This document shows, one piece after another, positions 25,936 through 38,099 of a DNA stretch of 64,000 nt. The notes beneath the pieces are model-generated. The model ran no database searches. It was not told the origin of the DNA and worked only from the letters and a program-made list of their open reading frames with translations. This DNA is from Leptogorgia sarmentosa (Eukaryota). The first letter of the stretch is position 1, and each line of letters opens with the position of its first letter. The stretch lies in NCBI GenBank assembly GCA_964658305.1, contig OZ210885.1, positions 2,170,001 through 2,234,000 on the forward strand, in the 5' to 3' direction. The translations under genes and the position numbers were made by a program.

Positions 25936-25944
25936 ATGCGCTTT

Positions 25945-26117
25945 CATACTTTCGTAGACGCTCAAAAAATGCGGAAGTATAAAATCAACGTTCAACCATG
26001 ATATAAAGCAAGGTATTTCCGCCTTGTGTCTACATTAGAACCGTCGAATACTCCAATACTTTTAAGTCTCAGAAACTCGCATCAGAAATGTTTAACGTTA
26101 GCAGAAAATTAAACTAA
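25945..26117 (+). pseudogene. Truncated fourth GPCR copy (upstream region plus first codons)
   Basis: Same upstream sequence as 30866-31005, then ATG TTT AAC GTT AGC AGA (MFNVSR) AAA TTA AAC TAA. It joins directly to sequence found downstream of GPCR copy 1 (about 29470). Confidence 0.85.
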
Positions 26118-27906
26118 AATATTAATAGATATAATACTTTTTAAATAAATATTGTGTAACGAATAAAATTTCCAGTGTGATTTTCTCTCAGGCAGAACGG
26201 CTATAAAGGACTATAAAGGACTATAAAGGACTATAAAGGACTATAAGGGCCTGTTTGTTTGATGATCTCCCACGCAAAAATGATTACAATAGATCGGTAA
26301 TTGACGATGCAAATTCACTTAAAACTAATTACACGAGAATTGCTTGTCTTTATATTAAAGATTAAGCAACTAGACCGTTTTTAGTCTCTTTTATCGGTTC
26401 ACTGGGGTGTTCAGGCCTTTTTAGTGGTGTTTAAAAATAAACTAGAATAGATAGACTTTGAAAACCATGGCGGTCATGGTCTTCTCGCTGCGGCATATCA
26501 GCCACAAGTCCGATACATCCATTCAGTCTTACAGCAGCCGGCCATCCTCTCGTCAGCAAGAAGTTATGTCTTCTAGTTTGAGCAACTACGTCAGCCAAAA
26601 TGGCCGGTTAGCACTCGCTGCGAATTCCAGTGCTATTTTCTCCTTTTGATGGATGTGAACGAGTAAACCAATACCGAAAGTGTAGGTGAGAAAACACGCA
26701 CTCAGCACTTTCGTTATTAATCCACTCGTTCGTACCCGTCAAAACGCATATCAAACTCTTGTAATACTAATTGGGACATTTGCACTAAGTCGGGTCTAAT
26801 CCCCTCGGCGTTTTGTTGACGAATTCGTTGCTACTGATGGCTTTTTGTCTGTAAATAAGTCATGAGCAATTTAACCTTTTCCCCTCCTGATCCTGACGCG
26901 AGTTTCATTGCACACATTTAACACATTTAATATTCGACTACCAACAATAACACCACGTACGCCTGACTGATCTAATATATCGTCAATAACAGCAGCTAAC
27001 CACGATTTCTAGGGTTCTCCGTTCTCTTGCTTCCTCTCTTTTGATAATGTATAAGTCAGTAAACTACAATAGTGACAGAGTTATTTAAATCCGAACGAAG
27101 ATATTTTAATTTGAACGATCGACAAATCGACAGAATCGATTGAACTATCCCGAAATACCTAAGATACAGAGCCATCGGTCCACGATTAAATCGGCGCGAA
27201 TATGTATGATTTTGATATCAAAGTTCGCGCAAAATGACGTAGTTTCCAAATCCGGAGGTACCTAGACGTCACAATACATTGCAAAAGCGCTAGCTCCAGC
27301 TTTGGCTGCTTTCCTTGCACTTCCGCCCAGCGCAGGTCATTTCGCGTACAAATTATATACAAGCGACTGACATATAACTCCCAAAGTCCATGTCTAGAAT
27401 GAGATCAATCATTATGAAAATAGCAACACAAGACGCGTTTAGCGTCTAATTTTTATAATCCGTTGGTACCTAAGGTACATATTGTACGCAGAAAGCACAA
27501 GAACGAAAAAACCACGAATTTTGAGCCAAATTATATAGCCGCACAGCTGGAAGCGTGCTCACTTGAAACACGATATACCTTTTGTTACTACAGAGTTTGA
27601 TATGGAAAAGTATCGCACAAGAAGTCTAAAAATTGCGAATGGATGTAAACGAGCCTTATCAAATGCGAGTCGGGATCACCGTATTTTAGACCAATTAATA
27701 CAATATTTACGTATTTGCTTCAATCGGACATACATATGTATGTTTTAATAATGAAAGCAAAAGTACACGATTGCTTACCATATAAGGAAGTACGATATAA
27801 TATCACCGTTCAACCATGATACGAAGGCAAATTATTTCCGCCTTGTGTCTACAATAGACCCGTCGAATAGTCCAATACTTGTACGGCTCAGAAACTCGCA
27901 TCAGAA

Positions 27907-29019
27907 ATGTTTAACGTTAGCAGAGAAGTTGAGAATTGCTACAGATCATATGTCGTTACGAAACCAACAACATCCTACATCGCTAACAGTATTGTTGGCT
28001 GCATTGTAAATCTGATCCTTTGTTTTGTTGGCTCATTTCTCAACGCACTTGTTATCTACGTGTTTTGGAAAACACCAAAATTACGATCTAGAGTGGCCTA
28101 TTTCATGATCATGCTTCTATCTTCAAACGACTTGCTGGTTACATCAATCGTCCATCCAGCGTTCCTGATGAATTCAATAACGGAAATTGTAGGAAGAGCA
28201 AGTTGTGTTTACAAGGCGTTTTATCATGTGGCGACCATAGTCTTGGCTATAATGTCTTTCGAGACTTTCTTTGTTATGAACATTGAACGATATATATCCA
28301 TCGTACATCCAATATATCACTTAACACATATCACCAAGCGAGGATGTTTCACAGCTTGCTGTGCCGTGTGGTTGCCAACAATAACCATTACTCCGGTTGC
28401 TTATGTCCTGAACTGGAAAGTTCAAGTTATTCTCACAGTTTTGGCTGCGATTGTAGTTATTGGGACTTTTTACATCTACATTGCAATATTTCGTATCGCA
28501 AGGAGGGCGAGACGCGAACGAAAACAAGTGGTCAGGAATAAAGAGGAAAATCCGAAAGTTTTCGTACTTCACTCCGCACAGAACGATGTAACACTATCAG
28601 ATATTGTAACTGAGACACTTTCTGACGGGGAAATTGAGCCTGATACGAGCTCTGGAAATGTAAACAGACGAAATCCTCCAAGTAATCAAAATTATTTACC
28701 ATGTGACAGAGCGAAAGAAAAGCCAAGTAAAACAATGACATTACTTCAGGAATTACAACTTGCAAAGATCTATTTATTGGTTGTGTTCTCTACTTTCGCT
28801 TTAAATTTCCCAAACGCCCTACTTCTCGCATTGTTCCAGGATCGGTTGGCATTTGTGAATGGACTGGTGCAAGCCAAAGTATGGTCGGTTACTCTCGTTC
28901 TCTTTTGTTCTACAATTAATTCCCTGATATTTTTCTGGGGAAATATCACGTTAAGGAAAGAAGGATGGAAAGTTTGCCAAAAATTACTTCGACGTCAAAA
29001 TTTGCCGGAGCGTCACTGA
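27907..29019 (+). CDS. Intronless rhodopsin-like (class A) orphan GPCR, copy 1, 370 aa
   Basis: Seven hydrophobic segments: TM1 GSFLN, TM2 LSSNDL, TM3 NIERY, TM4 W, TM6 FALNFP, TM7 INSLIF. Confidence 0.93.
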   Translation: MFNVSREVENCYRSYVVTKPTTSYIANSIVGCIVNLILCFVGSFLNALVIYVFWKTPKLRSRVAYFMIMLLSSNDLLVTSIVHPAFLMNSITEIVGRASCVYKAFYHVATIVLAIMSFETFFVMNIERYISIVHPIYHLTHITKRGCFTACCAVWLPTITITPVAYVLNWKVQVILTVLAAIVVIGTFYIYIAIFRIARRARRERKQVVRNKEENPKVFVLHSAQNDVTLSDIVTETLSDGEIEPDTSSGNVNRRNPPSNQNYLPCDRAKEKPSKTMTLLQELQLAKIYLLVVFSTFALNFPNALLLALFQDRLAFVNGLVQAKVWSVTLVLFCSTINSLIFFWGNITLRKEGWKVCQKLLRRQNLPERH

Positions 29020-29859
29020 TGAAATTAACATTATTGACATGTCGTTTAAACCAGAGCAGTGGTTGTTAGGTGTGGTATTGACATGTCGTTTAACCAAAGC
29101 AGGTGTTGTTGGGTGTGGTTTTACGGAATTTGCAAATTTGTTATTTTGCAGTTCATACCACTGTAATATATTTCTTTTATCTATGAAGTATAATGTTATT
29201 CAATTTTAATAGCTCAATGATGTGAAAGTGTTATTCTTAAGAAAGATGCCTCATGTCGCATAATCCCTTTTAATAGTTATAGTTTTGTTCTAGGCCGAAA
29301 GAACGTACAATACATCGCATAAACAATTAAACACTAAACATGCAGTTGTTTGCATACTGAGTGTTCTTTCTTTGCTGAAAAAAATATTTTGGTTTTGTTT
29401 TAGGCAAACGAGCTACGAACAACCGGCCTAGGCTATTGGTATATAATCAAAAATGTAAAAAAGCGAAAAAATTAATAGATATAATACTTTTTAAATAAAT
29501 ATTGTGTAACGAATAAAATCTCCGGTGTGATTTTCTCTCAGGCAGAACGGCTATAGCCGGCTATAAAGAACTATAAGGGCCTGTTTGTTTGATGATCTCC
29601 CACGCAAAAATGATTACAAAAGATCGGTAATTGAAGATGCAAATTCACTTAAAAATAATGACACGAGAATTGCTTGTCTTTATATTAAACATTTAAACAT
29701 TATATTAAACAACTAGACCGTTTTTAGTCACTTTTATCGGTTCACTGGGGTCTTCAAGCCTTTTTAGTGGTGTTTAAAATTAAAAATAGATAGACTTTGA
29801 AAACAATGGCGGTCAGATCTAGAAGACGTCTTCTTGCTGCGGCATATCAGCAAGCGGAC

Positions 29860-30340
29860 TGTCGGCATTTTTCTTCGGGTAATGACAAAAAGAGCAGGTA
29901 TTGAGCCACCTTGACTAACCACTTTATAAGGGCCACATCCGTAACGGTTTTAGCAAACGCCAACGTTGACACCCGTTTAATCAAGTCAATCACTGGCCAC
30001 AAGTCCGATCAGGGCCGTCGCTAGAACGTTAATTGGGGGGGGGGGGGTGCATATTCATATTTTGGCGTTCTGCCGACTGATTTCTTTTGAAATCAGTTGT
30101 TTATGAATTAATTTCTAAAGAAATCAGTCGGCAGAACGCCAAAATATGAATATGCACCCCCCCCCCCCAATTAACGTTCTAGCGACGGCCCTGAGTCCGA
30201 TACATCCATTCAGTCTTACAGCAGCCGGCCATCCTCTCGTCAGCAAGAAGTTATGTCTTCTAGTTTGAGCAACTATACGTCAGCCACAAATGGCCGGTTT
30301 GCACTCGCCGCGAATTCCAGTGCGATTTTCTCCTTTTGAT
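29860..30340 (+). mobile_element. Crypton-type tyrosine recombinase C-terminal fragment (decayed)
   Basis: With the MITE removed it translates as [57 protein letters not shown]. This contains the HxxR...GH...Y catalytic motif order of tyrosine recombinases. A shorter paralogous piece lies at about 26500-26650. Confidence 0.8.
30010..30193. mobile_element. hAT-type MITE with 8-bp TSD
   Basis: AGTCCGAT|CAGGGCCGTCGCTAGAACG ... CGTTCTAGCGACGGCCCTG|AGTCCGAT; almost entirely palindromic. Confidence 0.92.
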
Positions 30341-31005
30341 GGATGTGAACGAGTAAACCAATACCGAAAGTGTAGGTGAGAAAACACGAACTCGGCACTT
30401 TCGTTATTAATCCACTCGTTCGTATCCGTCAAAACGAAGAGCATCGCACAAGAAATCTAAAAATTGCGAATGGATGTAAACGAGCCTTATCAAATGCGAG
30501 TCGCGATCACCGTTTTGTACATACCAGGAATTTTCCGGCAAACATAAATGAGCCAATACAATATTTACGTATTTGCTTCAATCGTACATACATCTGTATG
30601 TTATATAATGAAAGCGAAAGTGCACGCCTGTTTATAACCATATATTAAGAAAATACGAAATAATATATCTATGCAAACATTTGACTCGTTTTCGTCACAG
30701 CAATTACTACGCGTTACAAACAACTTTAGAACATCCAGCAACGTTAACTATTCTGTTGTTTGAGTTGCATGGTATTAACACTTTAGCGCTAGGCATACTA
30801 GTTGGTCGGGTATTCCAAAGTTATTCCGTTCGTAATCCTTTATAGTCAGGAAATTGTAATTTCACACTTTCGTAGACCCTCAAGAAATGCGGAAGTATAA
30901 AATCAACGTCCAACCATGATATAAAGCGAAGTATTTCCGCCTTGTGTCTACAGTAGAACCGTCGAATACTCCAATACTTGTACGTCTCGGAAACTCGCAT
31001 CAGAA

Positions 31006-32106
31006 ATGTTCAACGTTAGCAGAGAAGTTGAGAATTGCTACAGATCATATGTCGTTACGAAACCAACAACATCCTACATCGCTAACAGTATTGTTGGCTG
31101 CATTGTAAATCTGATCCTTTGTTTTGTTGGCTCATTTCTCAACGCACTTGTTATATACGTGTTTTGGAAAACACCAAAATTACGATTCAAGGTCTCCTAT
31201 TTCATGATCATGCTTCTATCTTCAAACGACTTGCTGGTTACATCAATCGTCCATCCAGCGTTCCTGATGAATTCAATAACCGAAATTGTTGGAAGAGGAA
31301 GTTGTGTTTACAAGGCGTTTTATCATGTGGCGACTATTGTGTTGGCATTAATGTCTTTCGAGACCTTCTTTGTTATGAACGTTGAACGATATTTATCCAT
31401 CGTACATCCGATATATCATTTAACACATGTCACCAAGCGAGGATGTCTCATAGCTTGCTCTGCCGTGTGGTTGCCAACAATCACCATGACTCCGGTTCTT
31501 TATGTCATGAACTGGAAAGTTCAAGTTATTATCACAATCTTGGCTGTGATTGTAGTGACTGGAACTTGTTACATCTATTTTGCAATATTTCGTATCGCAA
31601 GGAAGGGTAGAGGCGAACCAAAACAAGCCGTCAGGAAGAAAGAGGAAAATTCAAAAGTCTTTGTACTTCAAGAATCCGCACAGAACGATGTATCACTATC
31701 AGATATTGTAACAGAGACACTTTCTGACGAAGAAAGTGAGGATAGGAAATCTGAAAAGATAAACAGACAAAATCAGAATAATTTACCATGTGACAGTGCA
31801 AAAGAAAAGCCAAGTAAGACAATGACATTGCTTCAAGATTTACAACTTGCCAAGATCTATTTATTAGTTGTGTTTTCTACTTTCGCTTTAAATTTCCCAA
31901 ATGCCCTACTTCTCGCATTGTTCCAGGATCGGTTGGCATTTGTGAATGGACTGGTGCAAGCCAAAGTATGGTCAGTCACTCTCGTTCTCTTTTGTTCTAC
32001 AATTAATTCCTTGATATTTTTCTGGGGAAATATCACGTTAAGGAAAGAAGGATGGAAAGTTTGCCAAAAATTACTTCGACGTCAAAATTTGCCGCAGCGT
32101 CACTGA
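31006..32106 (+). CDS. Intronless class A orphan GPCR, copy 2, 366 aa
   Basis: Close paralogue of copy 1 with the same motifs (NVERY). Confidence 0.93.
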   Translation: MFNVSREVENCYRSYVVTKPTTSYIANSIVGCIVNLILCFVGSFLNALVIYVFWKTPKLRFKVSYFMIMLLSSNDLLVTSIVHPAFLMNSITEIVGRGSCVYKAFYHVATIVLALMSFETFFVMNVERYLSIVHPIYHLTHVTKRGCLIACSAVWLPTITMTPVLYVMNWKVQVIITILAVIVVTGTCYIYFAIFRIARKGRGEPKQAVRKKEENSKVFVLQESAQNDVSLSDIVTETLSDEESEDRKSEKINRQNQNNLPCDSAKEKPSKTMTLLQDLQLAKIYLLVVFSTFALNFPNALLLALFQDRLAFVNGLVQAKVWSVTLVLFCSTINSLIFFWGNITLRKEGWKVCQKLLRRQNLPQRH

Positions 32107-32118
32107 TGAAATTAACAT

Positions 32119-32330
32119 TATTGACATGTCGTTTATACCATAGCAGTAGTTGTTAGGTGTGGTTTATACTATAGCAGTGGTTGTCAGGTGTGGTATTTAC
32201 ATGTCGTTTATACTATAGCAGTGGTTGTTAGGTGTGGTATTGACATGTCGTTTATACCATAGCAGTGGTTTTTAGGTGTATTGACATGTCGTTTATACCA
32301 TAACAGTGGTTAGTTGTTAGGTGTGGTTTT
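32119..32330 (+). repeat. ~44-bp minisatellite in the GPCR copy 2 3' region
   Basis: About 5 full or partial units of ATTGACATGTCGTTTATACCATAGCAGTGGTTGTTAGGTGTGGT, against 2 units at about 29032-29120. Confidence 0.85.
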
Positions 32331-34711
32331 TCGGAATTTGCAAATTTCTTGTGTCTTCTTTTCTTTGCTGAAAAAAGCCAGGCAAAACGAGCTATGAACA
32401 ACCGGCCTAGGCTATTGGCATATAATCAAAAATGTAAAAAAAGATTAAGCGAAAAAATTAATGGATATAATACTTTATAAATATTGTGTAACGAATAAAA
32501 TCTCTGTGTGATTTTCTCTCAGGCAGAACGACCATAAAGGACTATAAAGAACTATAAGGGCCTGTTTGTTTGATGATCTCCCACGTAAAAATGATTACAA
32601 AAGATCGGTAATTGACGATGCAAGTTCACTTAAAACTAATTACACGAGAATTGCTTGTCTTTATATTAAATATTCAGCAACTAGACCGTTTTTAGTCTCT
32701 TTATTATTCGGTTTACTGGGGTCTTCAGGCCTTTATAGTGGTGTTTAAAAATAAAAATAGCTGGAATTTGAAAACAATAACGGCCAGAAACGTCTTTTCG
32801 CTGCGGCATATCAATTATAGCTTACTTTGCTCTTCGTTCCGCACGAGGTCTTGTGGCATAATAATCCTTGATGACACTTGAGAAATCTCTTTTGAACCAA
32901 CAGGGTTGAAGTGTTGTCTTTCTCTTCGAGGTCGCTACGAGGTTGATGTAAAGAATTGAAGAGACACATATCGCGGTATATCAATGCAACATATTTTCAT
33001 GATCATTCAGTATAATATGGATATGTGAAGGTACTTGCAGTGTAAATGTTACATTTCAATGTAAATACTAACCAATACTGAGAACCAATTAGATGAGAGT
33101 TGAATGCCCAACGACAGAGTATATATCAGACAGAGTTCTCACTAAATATTAAAAGTGATATTTTCATGTACCCACTTTTTTAAATGCGGCTCGCAAAAAT
33201 GATAAACTGCGCATCCTGGGCAAGTTTAAGTATAGTCGTCATCTGGTCGTCATCCAATAAATTGCACGGAACTACTAGTAACTTGTCGAACATGCGCACA
33301 AAAAAAGTGGGTGCAACAGTTGAACCTCTGTATGTAATTACTCTGTGGCCCAACCCTAATTCTGACCCTGATCCAAACACTGATGGGTTCGGATCTTAAT
33401 CCTGATCCAAAGTTCCCATCATCTTGAAATTAAAAATCTCTGGCAACATTTATGATGTATCTCTTAATTAAATCATTTATGATTGTATGTTTTTTATTAA
33501 AACGTATTCTTTTGCTTTTCACTTCATTGATCTATTCAGTAACAGTCAGATTTTTGAGGTGGATCCGCCCTTGCTTGAATGCATGTGCATAAACGATATA
33601 GAAAAATTCAATTCAAATTTTAAACTGATTCGCATGCTCAAAATTCATAAAAGAAATATACGAAATATTTCATTTCACGGCTTTATCTGTGTATAAAACG
33701 TTAACATCTACTCAGAGACCTTAGTATTATGCACTCATCGCAGATGTAAATTCTCCTTAGTTTGACCAAAAAGTATTTTCTTTGATGTAAACTATTCAAT
33801 TAAGAAAGTGAAAAGCACCGAAAGTGCGAACGAAAATGGCGAAGCTATCCCAGGGAGCTTTTCGGCTCTCAAACAATTACTGGACACCAGCTTATAAAAT
33901 GTAATGCAAAAATACGATGCGCGAAATTTATAACAAATATCAGACAAAATTTTCGATATCCTATTCAGTTTTCTATAAATGCACTCCAGTTTTAATTCAC
34001 TATATCTGCAGCGTAAAGGTAAAAAAACCCATTAGTATAACGTAAAGGTAATATATTATTATGATAGTGGCACTTGAAAAATTAAGGATCACAACATACC
34101 CATGATATCAAGCTCATGTATCCGCTTTGCATCAGTATGATATACGTAAAATGATATATGCATTTTAATATGATTTGAAGGTCCTCAAGTAGCATTAAGC
34201 TAAGTGCAGATCAGTTCAAAACGGAGATGTATGTGAATAAGAGTGCTGAAATGACAATTATAGCGATGATACATACATCATTTACCGTTGAAGGAGCCAA
34301 TTAGGCCTAAATATGAGGGCGATTTCGCTACAAGGTACTATTCTAAAGGGTTTACAACGATTAGGGTTACTGGCTAGCGCCAAAACAGCTTATCCTTCAA
34401 AGGGCTAAAACTAAATTTGGGCTTCAGAGCGTATCTGCTCTTTTGAACTTATAGTATTATTCAACTTCTCTCGCAATTGAGGGGATCAGCAACTATAATT
34501 TACGTTCGTTTGGAGCTTGAAAGGTTTCTGCAAGAAAATTCAGCATGGCTCTACATAATCATGATAGATGGGGGGGGGGGTAGCCCCCCCCCCCCACTTT
34601 TGGCGTTGGGGGGACACATATACAATTGCGAAAAATGAGAATAATATGCATATTATAATATTATATTATAGAAAAATGAGAATAATATGCATATCTACAG
34701 AGTTAATTTCA

Positions 34712-35824
34712 TCAGTGACACTGCCGCGAATCTTGACGTCGAAGTAATTTTTGGCAAACTTTCCATCCTTCTTTTCTTAACGTCATATTTCCCCAGAAAA
34801 ATATCAGGGAATTAATTGTAGAGCTCAAGAGAACGAGAGTGACTGTCCATATATTGGCCTGCACCAGTCCATTCACCGTAGTTACCCAATCCTGGAACAA
34901 TGCAAGGACAAGGGCATTTGGGAAATTTAAAGCGAAAGTAGAAAACACAACCAATAAATAGATCTTGGCAAGTTGTAAATCTTGAAGCAATGTCATTGTT
35001 TTACTTGGCTTTTCTTTTGCACTGTCACATGGTAAATTATTATGATTACTTGGAGGATTTCGTCTGTTTACATTTCCAGAGCTCGTATCAGGCTCAATTT
35101 CCCCGTCAGAAAGTGTCTCAGTTACAATATCTGATAGTGTTACATCGTTCTGTGCCGAGTGAAGTACGAAAACTTTCGGATTTTTATCTTTCTTTCCTAC
35201 ATCGTGTTTTGGTTCGGATCTCTTTTTTCTTGCAATACAAAATATTGCAATGTAGATGTAAAAAGTCCCAATAACTACAATCGCAGCTAAAACTGTGATA
35301 ATAACTTGAACTTTCCAGTTCAAGACATAAGCAACCGGAGTCATGGTGATTGTTGGCAACCACACGGCACAGCAAACTATGAGACATCCTCGCTTGGTGA
35401 CATGTGTTAAGTGATATATCGGATGTACGATGGATAAATATCGTTCAACGTTCATAACAAAGAAGGTCTCGACAGACATTAATGCCAACACAATAGACGC
35501 CACATGATAAAACGCCTTGTAAACACAACTTGCTCTTCCTACAATTTCCGTTATTGAATTCATCAGGAACGCTGGATGGACGATTGATGTAACCAGCAAG
35601 TCGTTTGAAGACAGAAGCATGATCATGAAATAGGAGACCTTGAATCGTAATTTTGGTGTTTTCCAAAACACGTATATAACAAGTGCGTTGAGAAATGAGC
35701 CAACAAAACAAAGGATCAGATTTACAATGCAGCCAACAATACTGTTAGCGATGTAGGATGTTGTTGGTTTTGTAACGAAATATGATCTGTAGCAATTCTC
35801 AACTTCTCTGCTAACGTTGAACAT
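34712..35824 (-). CDS. Intronless class A orphan GPCR, copy 3 (inverted), 370 aa
   Basis: Close paralogue of copies 1 and 2. About 170 bp of shared upstream sequence is also inverted (35825-35990). Confidence 0.93.
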   Translation of the reverse strand: MFNVSREVENCYRSYFVTKPTTSYIANSIVGCIVNLILCFVGSFLNALVIYVFWKTPKLRFKVSYFMIMLLSSNDLLVTSIVHPAFLMNSITEIVGRASCVYKAFYHVASIVLALMSVETFFVMNVERYLSIVHPIYHLTHVTKRGCLIVCCAVWLPTITMTPVAYVLNWKVQVIITVLAAIVVIGTFYIYIAIFCIARKKRSEPKHDVGKKDKNPKVFVLHSAQNDVTLSDIVTETLSDGEIEPDTSSGNVNRRNPPSNHNNLPCDSAKEKPSKTMTLLQDLQLAKIYLLVVFSTFALNFPNALVLALFQDWVTTVNGLVQANIWTVTLVLLSSTINSLIFFWGNMTLRKEGWKVCQKLLRRQDSRQCH

Positions 35825-37135
35825 TTCTGATGCGAGTTTCTGAGACGTACAAGTATTGGAGTATTCGAGTATTCGACGGTTCTACTGTACACACATTAAT
35901 GCGGAAATACCTTGCCTTCATATTATGGTTGAACGTTGATTATTCTTCCGCATTCTTGGGGCGTCTACGAATGTGTGGAATTACAATTTCTTGAAACGCA
36001 ATCATGAAAATTATTATTTATTAATCGCCGATTTGCGAGGGGAAAAACTGGATTACGAACTAGTTCATGTGATGAAAATTATTTAATATATTTGGAGATT
36101 TATTTCATATGACGTCTTGTGATTATAGTTATATAAGTAAGCATGGTAGTTTTGTTATCATTGCCAAAGCGTACGTAGATTGTGTATGTACAAGGCGTAT
36201 ATCAACAGAATCTATTAAATGGTGATGGTATCTCATGTTACAAATGCTTCGCTATCCAACCTCACTTGACGGTTCGTCATGCTACTGATCATGATTCATT
36301 TCTTTAGAAACTTAAATTGTTTTCATGGTCTTTGGACACGGTTTATAATATTCATATAGCATAATTTAACCGACATTTGTCAGGTTGATTTCCCCCTGGC
36401 TGGCGTTCACGGTTTTTACTAAGAATGCCTGATTTGCGATTTGGATGGGGTGCCCTGCAGTTATTCAACGGTATAATGTTTGATTTTGAAATATTTTGAA
36501 ATACGATTCCAGCTGTGACATGAAACAGTTCATCATGAAGATAGATTAATAGCATAGTAGAGAACGCGGGTACCGGATAGACGGACCACCGGGTAATCAG
36601 ATGACCAGACAAACGCGTATAAACAGATAAAAATTTTTACGGATTGTATTTACAGATTTTCCAGCAAAGTCTATACCAGCTTCCCTATAATTTCTCGTTT
36701 TTCACCCCCCAAATCAGTTTTCTTTTACCTCCAGCTTCCGTTTCCTTTGTTCATGTTTTTTGGCATCATTACATTTATTTTGTTGGAAAACTCTATTACT
36801 CTAGGATTAACATGCAAATCACAAGTTTTTATGTCATCCATGAACGTTACTATTGTACAGAAAAGACTTCTCTCTTTGTTGTGTGCATGTGTATTTTTAT
36901 GATTATAGGCAGGAGCGTATCTACATACGAAGATCTATACCTGCCCCTTGGATTTCTATTGAAATTAATTCAAAAACAACTTCAAAACAATTCAGTTGTG
37001 CAGAATACGAATAATGTACCCCCGGCGATTAACGCTCTAGCTACGTCCCTGATTATACGTTTATACGAAACTGTACATATTGTTTCTTTCCCAAAAATTG
37101 CAAACGTTCGTTAATTGGAGTTGTTTCTTTCATTA

Positions 37136-37754
37136 TTATTCGCTTCCAAGCCATGTTTGTGTCGTTGATGTTGGCGAAGAAGTACATCTGTGGGCTGGGT
37201 TGACACAGCCATAGTAACCAAAGTTATCTTCCCCTCCATTGGTATCAATGCTCTCGATTGGCTGAAATTCACAGCCTTTCAATGCTGGGTGATAGGAATC
37301 ACTATGTAGAGGGTATCTGTAACTTTGGATGACAAATGCGTTGCACTGTTTACAACTTTGTCCTCTGAGATGAATTCAAATCAAAATCACAGAAGACATC
37401 GAAAAGAACCATGTTATCGTCGAAAATCTTGTATTTTCCTGGAATTCGACTGCCATTGTTGTAACCACGACATGATCTAACCACGTCTTCACAGAGTTTT
37501 CCAGTGTAACCAGGTAAACAGATGCATTTGAACCGTGGTGATGTGTAATCTTTGGGAAACAATGTCTCAATGTCCGCTCCATTTTGACATGGGTTGCTTC
37601 GACAGCCAGACGCGCAAGTGGACGTGAAGGTAGCCTCGAAATTAAAAAACAGATCTTGAAGTGAATCTTATCCCCATATAGTAACTGAATCATGACGTGA
37701 AATTAATTCGAGTATCTTTTTTAGTAGCAAAAAGTACGGTTGAACATAATTTAC
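37136..37754 (-). pseudogene. Disrupted gene for an EGF-containing extracellular protein (cnidarian PAN/EGF/Cys-rich type)
   Basis: CRSNPCQNG...FKCICLPGYTGKLCE (EGF, one Cys missing), then RSCRGY..GKYKI...VFCDF. After a frameshift or deletion: CKQCNAFVIQ...GCEF..EDNFGYYGCVNPAHRCTSSPTSTTQTWLGSE*. There is an in-frame TAA upstream of the EGF. Confidence 0.7.
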
Positions 37755-38099
37755 CTGAAATACATGCATGCAGGAAACCCTCGCCTCACTAACCAATAAT
37801 TAGGAAACATGAAGTATCGAAAGATTGTTGACATAGCAACACGGAAATTCATATATTTTCAGTATAAATTTTTAAAAATATATATATACCAATAACGGGA
37901 AAAATATCATCTTTTGACCTTGAATTTTTTAATTTGCAGTTCTTCGAGCGAACCGTGTAATGTTCTGTTTATTATATGGACTTATTCAGAGTGACACAAA
38001 TACACAACAACTACCCTTTTAATGAAAACATGCAGTCTAAAACACGACAATTAATGGCTTTAAAATTAGCCTTTAGTAAATATAGATTATAAAATACCG

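Noticed and set aside
36644..37114. 156-aa plus-strand ORF
   Set aside because: TTG start, low-complexity AT-rich translation, and it overlaps a small inverted-repeat element. No family resemblance.
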